From: Dendrobates tinctorius
Taxonomy: Eukaryota
Length of the DNA: 64,000 bases
Direction of reading: 5' to 3'
NCBI RefSeq assembly: GCF_039654945.1
Contig: NW_027361684.1
Location: 52,452,001 to 52,516,000 of the forward strand
Shown in pieces: positions 11,356 through 22,656 of the stretch; position 1 is the first letter of the stretch, and each line of letters begins with the position of its first letter. The notes beneath the pieces are model-generated. The model was not told the DNA's origin and did no database searches. It saw nothing but the letters and a program-made list of their open reading frames with translations. A program made the translations under genes and the position numbers.

Positions 11356-12872
11356 CTTCAGCTCCCGTTGTCTCCAACGGGTCCCTTCTCAAACCTGGCG
11401 ATCTTGCCACCCCTGAGGCCTTCCACATGTCCCGGGTCTCTCTGTCATCTACCGGGACATGAGACTTGCCTGCGGACGAGTCTGAAGCCTATACCTCTTA
11501 CGGGCACAAGTTGGTGGATCGTAAGGCTCAGGGGGGGGGGGGGGGGTAATGTTAGGAGTCGGATTTCTGCATTTACTCAGCAGGGATCCAGATCCTCACA
11601 TTCTGCACTCTCCTCCTATTTTTCCACTGCAGAGGAGATGGCAGGAGATTGCCTTGCAGCAAATTTCTCCTGAGGCTAAGTCCTTCTGTCCTCTTACTGG
11701 GCATGCTGATGGGATGATCTCCCATTGGAGATCGGGAGTCATGTGCACAGGTCCCGCTCCAGTTCTCATTGGTCCATCTCAGAGATCTGGAAGCGTGCAG
11801 AAGGTCCCGGCTGCTATAAAAGGCGCACATGGCTGTTCCGCCATGCGCTAGTATAGACTTACTTGCTGCTGTGTGTATGAGGACGGATGCATGATTCTGG
11901 TGACTGACTCATTTGAAACCCCTTCCCTCTGATATTACACATGTGGATAGGGACTGAGTTAGAATCAGCGCCAGCGCTGCAACATCCACAGCTGCTAGTG
12001 TCAGACATTGTGCTTGCGCCTTGCCTTTGTCATTTAGCGGCAGTGTCCACGCCGTGCTGCAGTAGCAGCCTCCTTTGCGTTCGCAGTTGCAAACAGTAGG
12101 TCTAGATGGATGTAGTGCCGCCGTCTTGGGCTACTCCTGTGACCGTATACCGTGTGTGCATTTTTTACTGAGTACTGTGACTACAACAGGCTCAGTCATT
12201 TGTGTTTGTACTTTTTGGCATCTCTGTGATTTAACTGAGATTGCTCTGCGCACCTGGGTGAAGTTTAACCTTTTGTGCATTTCCGCCATATTGCTCCTGC
12301 CACCACTTAGCAGCGGTTATATCACCTACTGCACGGTTGACCCCGAGCGGCGAACGCACTTTATTATTATGTTTATTTAGTGCTTTCTGCCGTTCCTAAC
12401 ACTTACTCAAGGATATCTCTTGAACAATACCTTCCAGACTTAAATTGCATGTCCAGGGAAGAGAAATCCCTTTCTAGAAGAGAATACCTACTGAGTGCAA
12501 CTGTCGTGAAAAAGGCTTATTTGGCCGAAACGTGTTGACATTCAAAGGTTGCTCCTATGTTTTGAACTTTAATAAAAGTAATCTTGTTTGCATTCAAAAG
12601 GAGTGTGCCATTGATATTTATTCTACATGGTCTACGAGGGATCTCACCAATGCCCTCAATTGGCACCTCCGTTAGTGAAACTCAGAGTGCACGCCGATAT
12701 CTAATTTTCATTTACAAAAAACAAAACATCTCAATGAACAAAAGAAAACTCATCTCCAAACATCTGTCACATAAGTATACCATGTGAGAAGAAAAAGTGT
12801 ACGCAAAACAATTCCTGCATGTGTAAAACGTTCTCAAAAATGGCATATCTGTGCCATACACATTTCTATCAG

Positions 12873-12937
12873 GTCCTATATGAGGCTCATCAGTTTTCTC
12901 CAGAGCAAGAACAAGTTTTCCCTTATACACAGAAGAG
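12873..12937 (+). other. Candidate host exon (plus strand)
   Basis: Acceptor catttctatcag and donor GAG/gtgaga; open frame VLYEAHQFSPEQEQVFPYTQK; phase-compatible with 6589-6629. Confidence 0.25.
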
Positions 12938-13377
12938 GTGAGAACTATTAGATCAGCGGGGCTCTGAATGCTGAGACTCCCAACAGAACGGGGCACTTGT
13001 AGCAGCGGTTGTGCATGCAGTATGTGCTGCTGCTACATTGATTCTCTAAGGCTAGTTTCACACTTGCTTTTTTTTGCAGCGCGTTTTTCCCGCAAAAAAA
13101 CGCATTAAAAAAACGCATACAAATGCATACAAACGCTGCGTTTTTTTCCAGCATTTTAATGCGCATGCAGGAAAAAAACGCAGCGTTTTTGCGCGTTTGT
13201 ATGCGTTTTTTGTGCGTTTGCGTTTTTTTACAGATTTTGGAAAAACCCCACAAAAAAGAAAAAACAACCATTCAACAACACACAAGACCAATGGGACTTC
13301 ATTGTGGGTGTGGTATGTTAATATATATACACCCTGTCTACAGTATTCTTCACATTTGCTTGATTCTTCTCGTGACC

Positions 13378-14765
13378 ATGGATCTGCGCTGGAAGAGTTT
13401 TCACTTCAACTTGGATTTGGACATCGCGATGGCTCAGGCGTATGCAGTTGCTTGCCATGAACAAAGGAAGAGAGAGAGGCAGCGAAGACGGCGGCGTATG
13501 TGGATACATCCGATTGTTGAACTCCGGGAGAGCCGTGGGGCATACCATACCCTCTACAGCGAGCTCCAGTCAAACCCGGAGAAATTTACAGATTATATCC
13601 GGATGTCCCACGAAAGTTTCATGGATTTGCTTGCTCGTGTCCAACAATCCATCCGGAGACAGGACACACAGCTCCGTCGTGCGATTCCTCCTGAGGAACG
13701 GCTACTGGTGACATTACGGTATGTTTTAAAAACAAAGGGGTGTGGTCTGATGTTTTTTTTTGTAAATTTAGTATTCAAAACCTTGGGTAATTAGTTTTCG
13801 TGAATGTACTAATATTTTTTTTATAGTTTTTAAAAATAATATACATAAATATTAATTTTACTTCTTTGTCTGTTCACAGATTCCTGGCGACTGGAGAAAC
13901 CCTATCCTCACTACACTTCCAGTACCGTATTGGAATCTCTACCTTGTCTGGAATTGTTGCTGACACCTGCCGGGCTCTCTGGAATGTTCTTTGCCCAGAA
14001 TTTATGCCCCTGCCCACCGCTGAAAAGTGGATGGAAATTGCTGACAAATTCTGGACAGTATGCAATTTTCCCAACTGTTTGGGAGCTGTTGATGGGAAAC
14101 ACATACGGATCATCAAACCCCAAAGAACGGGATCTGAGTACTATAATTACAAAAAGTACTTTTCAATAGTACTCATTGCAATTGCGGATGCCGGATGTAT
14201 GTTTGTAGCAGTGGACATTGGAGCATTTGGCCGTGGTAATGACTCGCAGGCTTTTAAAAACTCAGACATGGGCCGGAGGTTGTATGGCAACCAATTTAAT
14301 TTCCCTATGCCACGGCCTCTTCCTCACACCGAAGCTCCGCCACTGCCCTTTGTAATGGTTGGCGATGAGGCTTTTCAAATGTGCGGAAACTTACTGAAAC
14401 CCTACTCCAGCCGGGACTTGGACCACACCAAAAAAATTTTTAATTACAGGCTGACCAGGGCCAGAAGAACTGTCGAGTGTGCTTTTGGGATTCTTGTTTC
14501 CAGATGGCGAATTCTGGGCACGGCCATTAATCTTAAACTTGAAACAGTCGATGAGGTGGTGAAGGCCTGTGTGGTTCTACATAACTTTGTGATGGCTAAA
14601 GAGCACCCGACCTTTGAACTGGACGATGATGCTCCTAACCCATTGCCTGAATTCACTCAGCACACTCTCAGGTCATCCGTTGAAGTTGGCCAAATGAGGG
14701 ACAAATTTGCGGCCTACTTTATTTCTGATGTAGGACGGGTGCACTGGCAAGATGAAATGGTGTAA
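13378..14765 (+). CDS. Harbinger transposase (HARBI1/ALP1-like DDE_Tnp_4), 2 exons, 408 aa
   Basis: Exons 13378-13718 and 13880-14765; the GT-AG intron restores LLVTLR-FLATG. Catalytic motifs GAVDGKH, VGDEAF and RARRTVECAFG present; no stops; AATAAA at 14782. Confidence 0.95.
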
Positions 14766-15133
14766 TGTTGTTGTTTATGGTAATAAAAATCCTTATTTGA
14801 TACCATTACTGAGTGCACTATATTTTTTAAACTCCGATTAATTAAAAAACTTCCCATATATAACTGAATTTTATTATGTTCACACACCTGGGCAGGTAAA
14901 TACACATACGAGTTAAAATGCAGCATTGCTAGTCTGCGTTAAATATATTGGAATGAGCAAAGCTGCAGGCCATGAATCAGGAAACCATTTTTTTTCAAGA
15001 TAAAATTGTGCAAATAGTTTAAAACAAAGTATGTGATTTTCTCAAAACACAACACTCAAAACCCAACCCCAATGAAAGTCCATGGGGAATACAAGTCAGC
15101 ATTGAGTGGATGAATGTAATCTGCTCCATTAAA

Positions 15134-15975
15134 AGTTATTACACTAGGCCTTTGAATGACTATACTAGGCCGTGGTATTTCAAATATGAGTATACTAGGC
15201 CTTGGGGCTAGTAGTATAGTAATATGTGAAATACCACGGCCTAGTATAGTCATACCAAGGCCTACTGTAATAACTCGATTTTTAACAACTAGCATCTTGT
15301 TTCACCAAAAACAAACTGGTGAAACTAGAAAGAAACTTATTTTTTAGACAAGTTTCAACAGTTTGTTTTTCATGAAACCAGATTCTATTTTGTAAAACTA
15401 GAGTTATTACACTAGGCCTTGGAATGACTATACTAGGCCGTGGTATTTCAAATATGAGTATACTAGGCCTTGGGGCTAGTAGTATATGTGAAATACCACG
15501 GCCTAGTATAGTCATACCAAGGCCTACTGTAATAACTCGATTTTTAACAACTAGCATCTTGTTTCACCAAAAACAAACTGGTGAAACTAGAAAGAAACTT
15601 ATTTTTTAGACAAGTTTCAACAGTTTGTTTTTCATGAAACCAGATTCTATTTTGTAAAACTAGAGTTATTACACTAGGCCTTGGAATGACTATACTAGGC
15701 CGTGGTATTTCAAATATGAGTATACTAGGCCTTGGGGCTAGTAGTATATGTGAAATACCACGGCCTAGTATAGTCATACCAAGGCCTACTGTAATAACTC
15801 GATTTTTAACAACTAGCATCTTGTTTCACCAAAAACAAACTGGTGAAACTAGAAAGAAACTTATTTTTTAGACAAGTTTCAACAGTTTGTTTTTCATGAA
15901 ACCAGATTCTATTTTGTAAAACTAGAGTTATTACACTAGGCCTTTGAATGACTATACTAGTCCATGTTATTTCAC
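15134..15975. repeat. 262-bp tandem array (about 3.2 copies), each unit made of two long inverted repeats
   Basis: Period 262 (identical ORFs at 15282/15544 and 15424/15686). In one unit, hairpin A spans 15401-15538 and hairpin B 15541-15659. Confidence 0.92.
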
Positions 15976-16121
15976 ATATGACTATACTAGCCCTTGGGTT
16001 GGTTTTTAACATGTATTTACCCATCAGTGTGTGTGAGCGGCGCAAACAACATTAATGAAACTTATTAATGGTGAACCACAAATGTAAATTTATTTTTTAT
16101 CACAAAAAAAAAATTTAAAAA

Positions 16122-19100
16122 TTATTTTTTACGGCGTTTGGGGGCAGATGGTTTCAATTTGGGGGTGTGCAGGGAATATGCAACACTTGCAGTTGAAGAC
16201 GGTGTTTGAGGGGAAGGGGCAACAAAACTTGTGGGGGAAGGTAGTCCAGTTAAGGGAATTAAACTTGGAACACTTGTAGGAGAGGAAATCTGTTCAGTTA
16301 CATTAGTTGTAATGGCATGTCGCCGTAGGCTTGTGTGCCTGGACCGACTTTGGCCCAATGCCCGCCTTGATTGATTTCGCCTTGAAGTAGGGGCAAATAT
16401 GGAATGTAGGTCCCCCGTCTGCTGGTATGGCTGCTGCTGCTGAGGTGGCGGCTGCTGCTGCAGAGGTTGCGGCTGCTGCTGAGGTGGCGGCTGCTGCTGA
16501 GGTGGCGGCTGCTGCTGAGGTGGCAGCTGCTGCTGAGGTGGTTGCTGCTGCTGAGGTGGTTGCTGCTGCTGCTGAGGTGGCGGCTGCTGCTGAGGTGGTT
16601 GCTGCTGCTGCTGAGGTGGCGGCTGCTGCTGAGGTGGCTGCTGCTGCTGAGGTGGCGTCTGCTGAGTTGGCTGCTGCTGCTGAGGTGGCTGATGCTGCTC
16701 TTCTTGGTCAGTGCTCGTCCTTGCAGGAGGACTGGTGGCGGCAGTGATGGCCCAGGTTTGCAGAGTGGTGGTGGCAGGGCTACTACATGTTGTTGTAGCG
16801 GCAGGGCTGTTCCATGTTTGCCTAGTGGTGGCTGAGCTCCACGCATGCATGGGATTGGCGGTGGTGCTCCAGACAGGAGCAGCGCTTGCCATGGTGGTGT
16901 CGGTGAAGTGACCAGCTGCACTCAGACTTGTGGTGGTGTAACGGTGGGTGTCCAGCCTTTGAAGAGAGGTGTCCGTGCAGTGGTATGCAGCACAAGTCGG
17001 TAGTGAGGTGAAGCGAGTCAATGGTGGCACAGGTGGAAAGGACACCACTGACTGCTGACCGTACCGATTATGCTGCATAGCCTGCAAGAAAGCATTGTTG
17101 CAGGCCTGCAGCACATTCAGCTGTTGATCAGGACTAAGGTGTTCCGCCATGCCCTTTTCAATCTTACTAAAAAAATGGTGTGCTGGTCTGTTGAGGTCGG
17201 CCTCCAGACGGTCAAGGCGCTGTTCTACAGAATTGAAGCGGTGTTCAAAGTGGTTAAAACCACGTTCCATCAGTGCAAAACCGCTTTCAACTCTGTCGGA
17301 CAGTGACTTGAGGCTGGAATTAAATGTCTCGCTCAAATGCATAAACTCGGGCAAGACATTCCTGTCCAAGGCCCTCTGCCGCTGGCGGGTAGTGCCCGCA
17401 TAACCAGTGGCAGAGACCTGGGACAGGGGAACACCTGATGGCCCAGCTTCCTGGTCACCAGCTGTGTGTGTGTGGGACCTGCAAGGTGCTTCCTGGCTGT
17501 CGGATGGCTGGGACGGGTCAGAGGACGTCCGACGAAGGACCGCTCCAGGGCCAGGTTGCAGGGTGCTGCTCCAGGTGCTGTGGAAGAAAGGAAAATCATT
17601 ACTACCATGCCTTTACAAGAAGCATCAGCTGTGGATTAGAAAAACACAGATTAATAAAAATAAAAACCCAAAATGTATAATACTTACGATCTTGTGGCAA
17701 GGACCGGTCTTAGGAACTGCAACGCGTGATAGTGACGGTATCTAGTTCTGGTCCTTGACGCAGATCCACTGCGAACCTGGCCCTCAGCACGAACATCACT
17801 GTTGAAGCGGTCCTTGATCGAACGCCAACGTGTTCGGACTTTGTCCACTGTTGATAAAAAAAAACAGTGCCGTCAAGTACAACACTCACTGCTTCACAAT
17901 TTAGCAATACAATACTCAAAGCAGTCACTGTACACCCCGATGACACTGTTGGGTTTCCTGCTAGAATACACCTAGCACGAAACCCAACAGTGCCGTCAAG
18001 GACAACAGTCACTGCGGCACAATGTAGCAATACAATACTCAAAGCAGTCACTGTAGACCACGATGACACTGTTGGGTTTCCTGCTAGAATACGCCTAGCA
18101 CGAAACCCAACAGTGCCGTCAAGGACAACAGTCACTGCGGCACAATGTAGCAATACAATACTCAAAGCAGTCACTGTAGACCACGATGACACTGTTGGGT
18201 TTCCTGCTAGAATACGCCTAGCACGAAACCCAACAGTGCCGTCAAGGACAACAGTCACTGCGGCACAATGTAGCAATACAATACTCAAAGCAGTCACTGT
18301 AGACCACGATGACACTGTTGGGTTTCCTGCTCGAATACGCCTAGCACGAAACCCAACAGTGCCGTCAAGGACAACAGTCACTGCGGCACAATGTAGCAAT
18401 ACAATACTCAAAGCAGTCACTGTAGACCACGATGACACTGTTGGGTTTCCTGCTAGAATACGCCTAGCACGAAACCCAACAGTGCCGTCAAGGACAACAG
18501 TCACTGCGGCACAATGTAGCAATACAATACTCAAAGCAGTCACTGTAGACCACGATGACACTGTTGGGTTTCCTGCTAGAATACGCCTAGCACGAAACCC
18601 AACAGTGCCGTCAAGGACAACAGTCACTGCGGCACAATGTAGCAATACAATACTCAAAGCAGTCACTGTAGACCCCGATGACACTGTTGGGTTTCCTGCT
18701 CGAATACGCCTAGCACGAAACCCAACAGTGCCGTCAAGGACAACAGTCACTGCGGCACAATGTAGCAATACAATACTCAAAGCAGTCACTGTAGACCACG
18801 ATGACACTGTTGGGTTTCCTGCTAGAATACGCCTAGCACGAAACCCAACAGTGCCGTCAAGGACAACAGTCACTGCGGCACAATACAGAGCAGGGAAATA
18901 CTCACTAAACGCCTTTTTGGCGGATGCTGTGGCGCTGTCCCAGCCATCCATCAACGCTGCGGCCACCTCATTCCATAGCCGCCGTGTCACCACATTGTCC
19001 TTGTACAGCCGGTCACGGCTGTCCCACAACGGCGAACGCTCCTGGACCAGGCTGATGAGCTGCTCATTATCCAGGTAGACGTCTTCATCCCGTTGTGGAA

Positions 19101-19449
19101 CCTAGACAAAACACATTCATTAGAATAATCAAATTTAAATTGACTAAAAAGTTACAAAAAAAGAAAAAAAAAAAAGAGTAAAAATAGAAGATAAAAAAAA
19201 AAAAAAAACATTACAAATCATTTGATACTTACATTACGTATCACCACCGGGACTTGGCTTCGCTGCTCCTGCTGTTCGCCCTCACTATTCCCGTCCGCAG
19301 ATGATGATGACGATGTCTGAAAATTGAAAAAAACGTAAGAGATTTGGAGAAGCAGCAGATATACTTACCAGATGCACGAAAATAATCACCTCACGGTCTG
19401 CTTGCGCCAATTCCTGCCGCGATGGGGAATACTCCGATTCTGAAGACAT
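16122..19449 (-). CDS. Harbinger Myb/SANT-like (MADF) DNA-binding protein, 5 coding exons, about 651 aa
   Basis: Exons 19449-19390, 19316-19233, 19101-18906, 17847-17688 and 17577-16122, all GT-AG and phase-consistent. MADF signature LISLVQERSPLWD..Y......LWNEVA....VRTRWRSIKDRF; coiled-coil-like region, Q/P tract, C-terminal PKRRKK. The first donor has an alternative at 19369. Confidence 0.88.
16425..16700 (-). repeat. Coding CAG-rich repeat (QQQQPP tract)
   Basis: Repeated GCTGCTGCTGAGGTGG units on the plus strand encode PPQQQ repeats on the minus strand. Confidence 0.9.
17862..18884. repeat. 123-bp intronic tandem array (8.3 copies), one hairpin per unit
   Basis: CCTAGCACG recurs at 17971, 18094, 18217 ... 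18832. The array fills intron 17848-18905 of the MADF gene. Confidence 0.95.
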
Positions 19450-19612
19450 ACTGCATGTAAAAATAATAAAAATCATTAGTACATACATAATTTAAAAGGA
19501 CAGGCATATAATGTAATATACTCACATTCTTCGCTGATATAATGTGTTCTTGGTTGAATGTCTGCTCTTCAATCTGTCTAGTGTAGTAGTGGCAGAGTTT
19601 TGGCAGGCACCT

Positions 19613-19625
19613 CCTTTATATAGCC
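19613..19625 (-). promoter_or_regulatory. TATA box of the MADF gene
   Basis: GGCTATATAAAGG on the minus strand, about 90 bp upstream of a gtgagt donor at 19525 (non-coding first exon). Confidence 0.55.
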
Positions 19626-20619
19626 TTTTTTTTTTGGACTTTAGAAGATTCTAACTAGGATAAAAAGTGGACACCACCCAAAAAACGCTGCGCTAAAAAA
19701 GCGCATACCTGCGCATGCCAGTGCGCACGTATGCGCATCCATAGGCTATAATGGCCATTTTTAGCGCAAAACGTGCGCATACGTGCGCATGCGATTTTTT
19801 CAAGGGCCAAAAAATGCAACATGCAGCGTCTGGAAAATACCAACGCACACCCCAAAAAAACGCAGCGCATGAAAATCGCATACATGCGCTTACAAGTGCG
19901 CAGGTATGCGCACCCATGTTAAATATAGGGGAAAAATCGCATGCGCACGTATGCGTTTTTTTCCAGCGCTAAAAAACGCAAATGTGAAACCAGCCTAAGC
20001 GACTGCTGAAAATAACAGAGTGCTGTACTTGGCTCCATGGCAATATCATAGAACGTGAACTGAGCAGGGGTGTAACCACCACTTCATTCTAAAGAAGAAA
20101 AAACTGACAAATCGGTAGGTAGAATTTGCCAAAATTCAATGCAAATTATGATAAACACAATTTTTTTTTTGGAGATATTATTTAGAGAACCATAAGTAAA
20201 TAGGCTGACATTCTGCCATATAGAAAAATAAAACCTTCCGGTAATTTCATATTACATACCGCCTCTTCACATTCAAATCATATGGTGACATGGGTAGCGC
20301 AACACCAAAATTGCAGCGACACATTGCAACATTGATATAATATTTCCTTTGATGCCTTACCGACACCTACGGCACAAAGTTACATATTTCCAAATGTGTG
20401 GGACTTTCTATTGCTGTTTGCAAGTAACACCAACCCGCTTCATTGGTTTGAATGCATGTTGCACACGACATGCAACTTGTCTGCAACCTACTTTATTATT
20501 ATTACTTACAACATTTGTGTACCTTGTCTATGACTTGCCATTTTGCAGCTATTTTACAGCTATGATTATGATATTGCTGTACATAACACAGCCAAGTTGA
20601 ACATTTCTTTAGAAAATAC

Positions 20620-21465
20620 CTACTTGAGGATGGTGGTGGCTATGGCCAGGAAAGAGTTTGCTCATTTCAACTGTTTTATGTGTAGAAGCATGCCCTCCAG
20701 GATTTGCAAAAACAGAATGGTATGCCAGAATGCTGACTGATTTGCAATGTCACAACCTGCTTGATGTCGTAACTGCATATGTTGGAGATTCTGTATGAGC
20801 AGTGTAAAGTGATCAAGGACTATATAATGCTGCAGCATAGTTTACTACTTTGAGATACTTTGAGATTGACAGTCGATGATAACCCTTTCCTGTGTCACCA
20901 ACTGAAGTACTTCAAAAGAGGCTACAAAATTTGTTATCTGGGACAACTGCAGCAACACCTATGTCATTCCCATCAACTTTATCTTTGGAAAAATATTCAC
21001 AAAGATGCAACACAGGATTGAGGAAGAACAGCAACTTGTAAACATTCATTTGAGCATTGGGCTGTTAGGTACCCTGAAGGTATATGCAGCAGAATCTGGA
21101 GGGGGAAAAGCAGCAGTAGCAAATGGATGTGGGGCGGAGGGGGAGAAGCAGCAGCAGGTGCATGTGGAAGGTGATATTCCCTTATTCCAGGCACAGGACA
21201 AGGCTGACAGAGAAAAAGTGATAATGATATTGGGTATGATGACTATGTGTTGTTGTAGCACAGTGTAAGTTGTATGCTGAAATACTTCCAGGATGAAAGG
21301 TATACTGTTACCATCAAACAAAGAGACTATCGTATATCTATGCCTTTACACCATCTCTATAAAAGAAAATGGGGGAATGCATCCAGGCTTCCAAAAGGGA
21401 GTCCAAATTCTTGTGTTCCCTGCTCGGCAAAGCTTCTGTCAAGAGGACTTGTGTTGAACACACTG
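20620..21465 (+). pseudogene. Second hAT transposase remnant (probably continues at about 29620-29920)
   Basis: KHALQDLQKQNGMP..LICNVTT and MLKYFQDERY..IKQRDY..LHHLYK; a DFW.SRLD-like C-terminal piece lies near 29760. Confidence 0.55.
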
Positions 21466-22656
21466 CTATAGAAGAAATGGCCGGAGCTGAGCCTCCGGGC
21501 AGTCGGCCCCGTCGGCGTTGAGGGAGCGGCGTTCAAAACGGGTGAGGCCTCCAGACCGGCTCTCACCCGATTTGGCTCCCCGGGCCTTGTGCCGCCGCAG
21601 GAGCCCCTCCCGGGACCCTCCAGGCCGGGCGCCATGCAATCCCCGCACGTGCCCCGCTCTGGGAGGAATCCACAGGCTCGGTGAGGCCCCGCGGCGGTGT
21701 CTAGTCCTCCGTTTCGCTCTCTGGAGGGGGAGGAGCAGCCACGTGCCAGGCGGCACATTTTACCTGCCTCATCGGGGGCCACGGCGGTAGCATCCCTGCC
21801 GCGCGGCCTGCTCCCTCCTCCAGGCCCCGGGCGTTCATCGGCAGAACTGCGGCCTGTCAGTAGGCAGGGCTCTCGTCACCATCCCCCAGTGGTGGGGGGG
21901 GCATCAGTTCCTGTGAGGGGCCGCGGCAGCGGAGGGCCCGCAGCGCAGCCTGCTTTGTCAGCCGGAACTAGGTGTGTTAGTCCCCATAGCAGTGTGTCAG
22001 CGGCCTGCAGCACTGCAGGGCTTGTGCCGTCGATTCCCACGAACGGAGGCAGTGGGTTCTTTCCGGGCATCCAGGAAGCACCACGGGGGGCCATTGATGT
22101 CTCCACACAAAATAACGGTACATTACCAGGAGCTCTCAGCGTGACGACCCGGACAGCTTCGTTATCCGGGGTCCAGCAATCGGGATCCCCCCGGGGTTCA
22201 GGCCTCACACCCCTGTTCTGTGGGGAGTCTCAGAGGTCAGCAGCAAGCCGGCGGGACCTTCATCGTCAGGCGGGACGGCGACGATGCATCCGCGGATCCA
22301 GGTTTTCCGGCTGGAGGGCACACAGCCCCCTCGCAGCCTGGTGAGTATGCTTCTGTGTCCACTGTGTATCATCCATTTTTGTCATCATTGGAAGGGGGGG
22401 TCCGTTGGCTGGATCTCTCGGTGTTGGAGGGGGGAGGGTCGGCGTTGAGTGGGGTAGCCGCGGTCGGGGGAGTTAATGATGTGCTTGCGGATGTGCGCAA
22501 TTTGCTTTCACTCTTGGAGTGGGGTTTGGTCGCACAGTCTCCGTTAGCAGCTTGGGTTGGGTCGAGGGTCGGGTACCTACTTCGCAGAGCAGACCAGAGC
22601 CGGCCGAGCGCGCCGGTGAGCCGGTGTCGGTGCAAACTTAAAAGGAGGAGTGTCGT

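Larger units (their letters stand above)
9141..12401 (+). mobile_element. Non-autonomous chromoviral (sushi-like) Gypsy LTR retrotransposon
   Basis: LTRs 9141-10006 and 11550-12401 (TG..CA); 5-bp TSD CTTAC; poly-G PPT 11531-11546; TATAAAA at 9407; gag present, pol deleted. Confidence 0.95.
8986..12708 (+). mobile_element. Penelope-like insertion with inverted partial pseudo-LTR, interrupted by an LTR element
   Basis: 8985-9080 is the reverse complement of 12535-12628. Flanking duplication CATTTACAAAAA(A)CAA at 8971-8985 and 12709-12724. Hammerhead-like motif at 12502-12540. Confidence 0.7.
13050..19995. mobile_element. Full-length autonomous PIF/Harbinger transposon (6946 bp)
   Basis: TAA TSD at 13047-13049 and 19996-19998; TIRs GGCTAGTTTCACACTTGC / GCAAATGTGAAACCAGCC; two convergent genes with intact frames; AAAACGC-rich subterminal regions. 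Confidence 0.97.

Noticed and set aside
13123-13377. N-terminal extension of transposase exon 1
   Set aside because: It runs through the subterminal repeats; ATG 13378 (ACCATGG) is the better start.
16298-16921. Poly-Ser, poly-Ala and poly-Leu ORFs
   Set aside because: Alternative frames of the CAG-rich tract.
17862-18884. CRISPR-like array
   Set aside because: The units are identical end to end with no unique spacers; the context is a eukaryotic intron with no cas genes.
17867-19078. 403-aa plus-strand ORF
   Set aside because: Produced by a stop-free 123-bp unit antisense to the MADF gene; non-ATG start.
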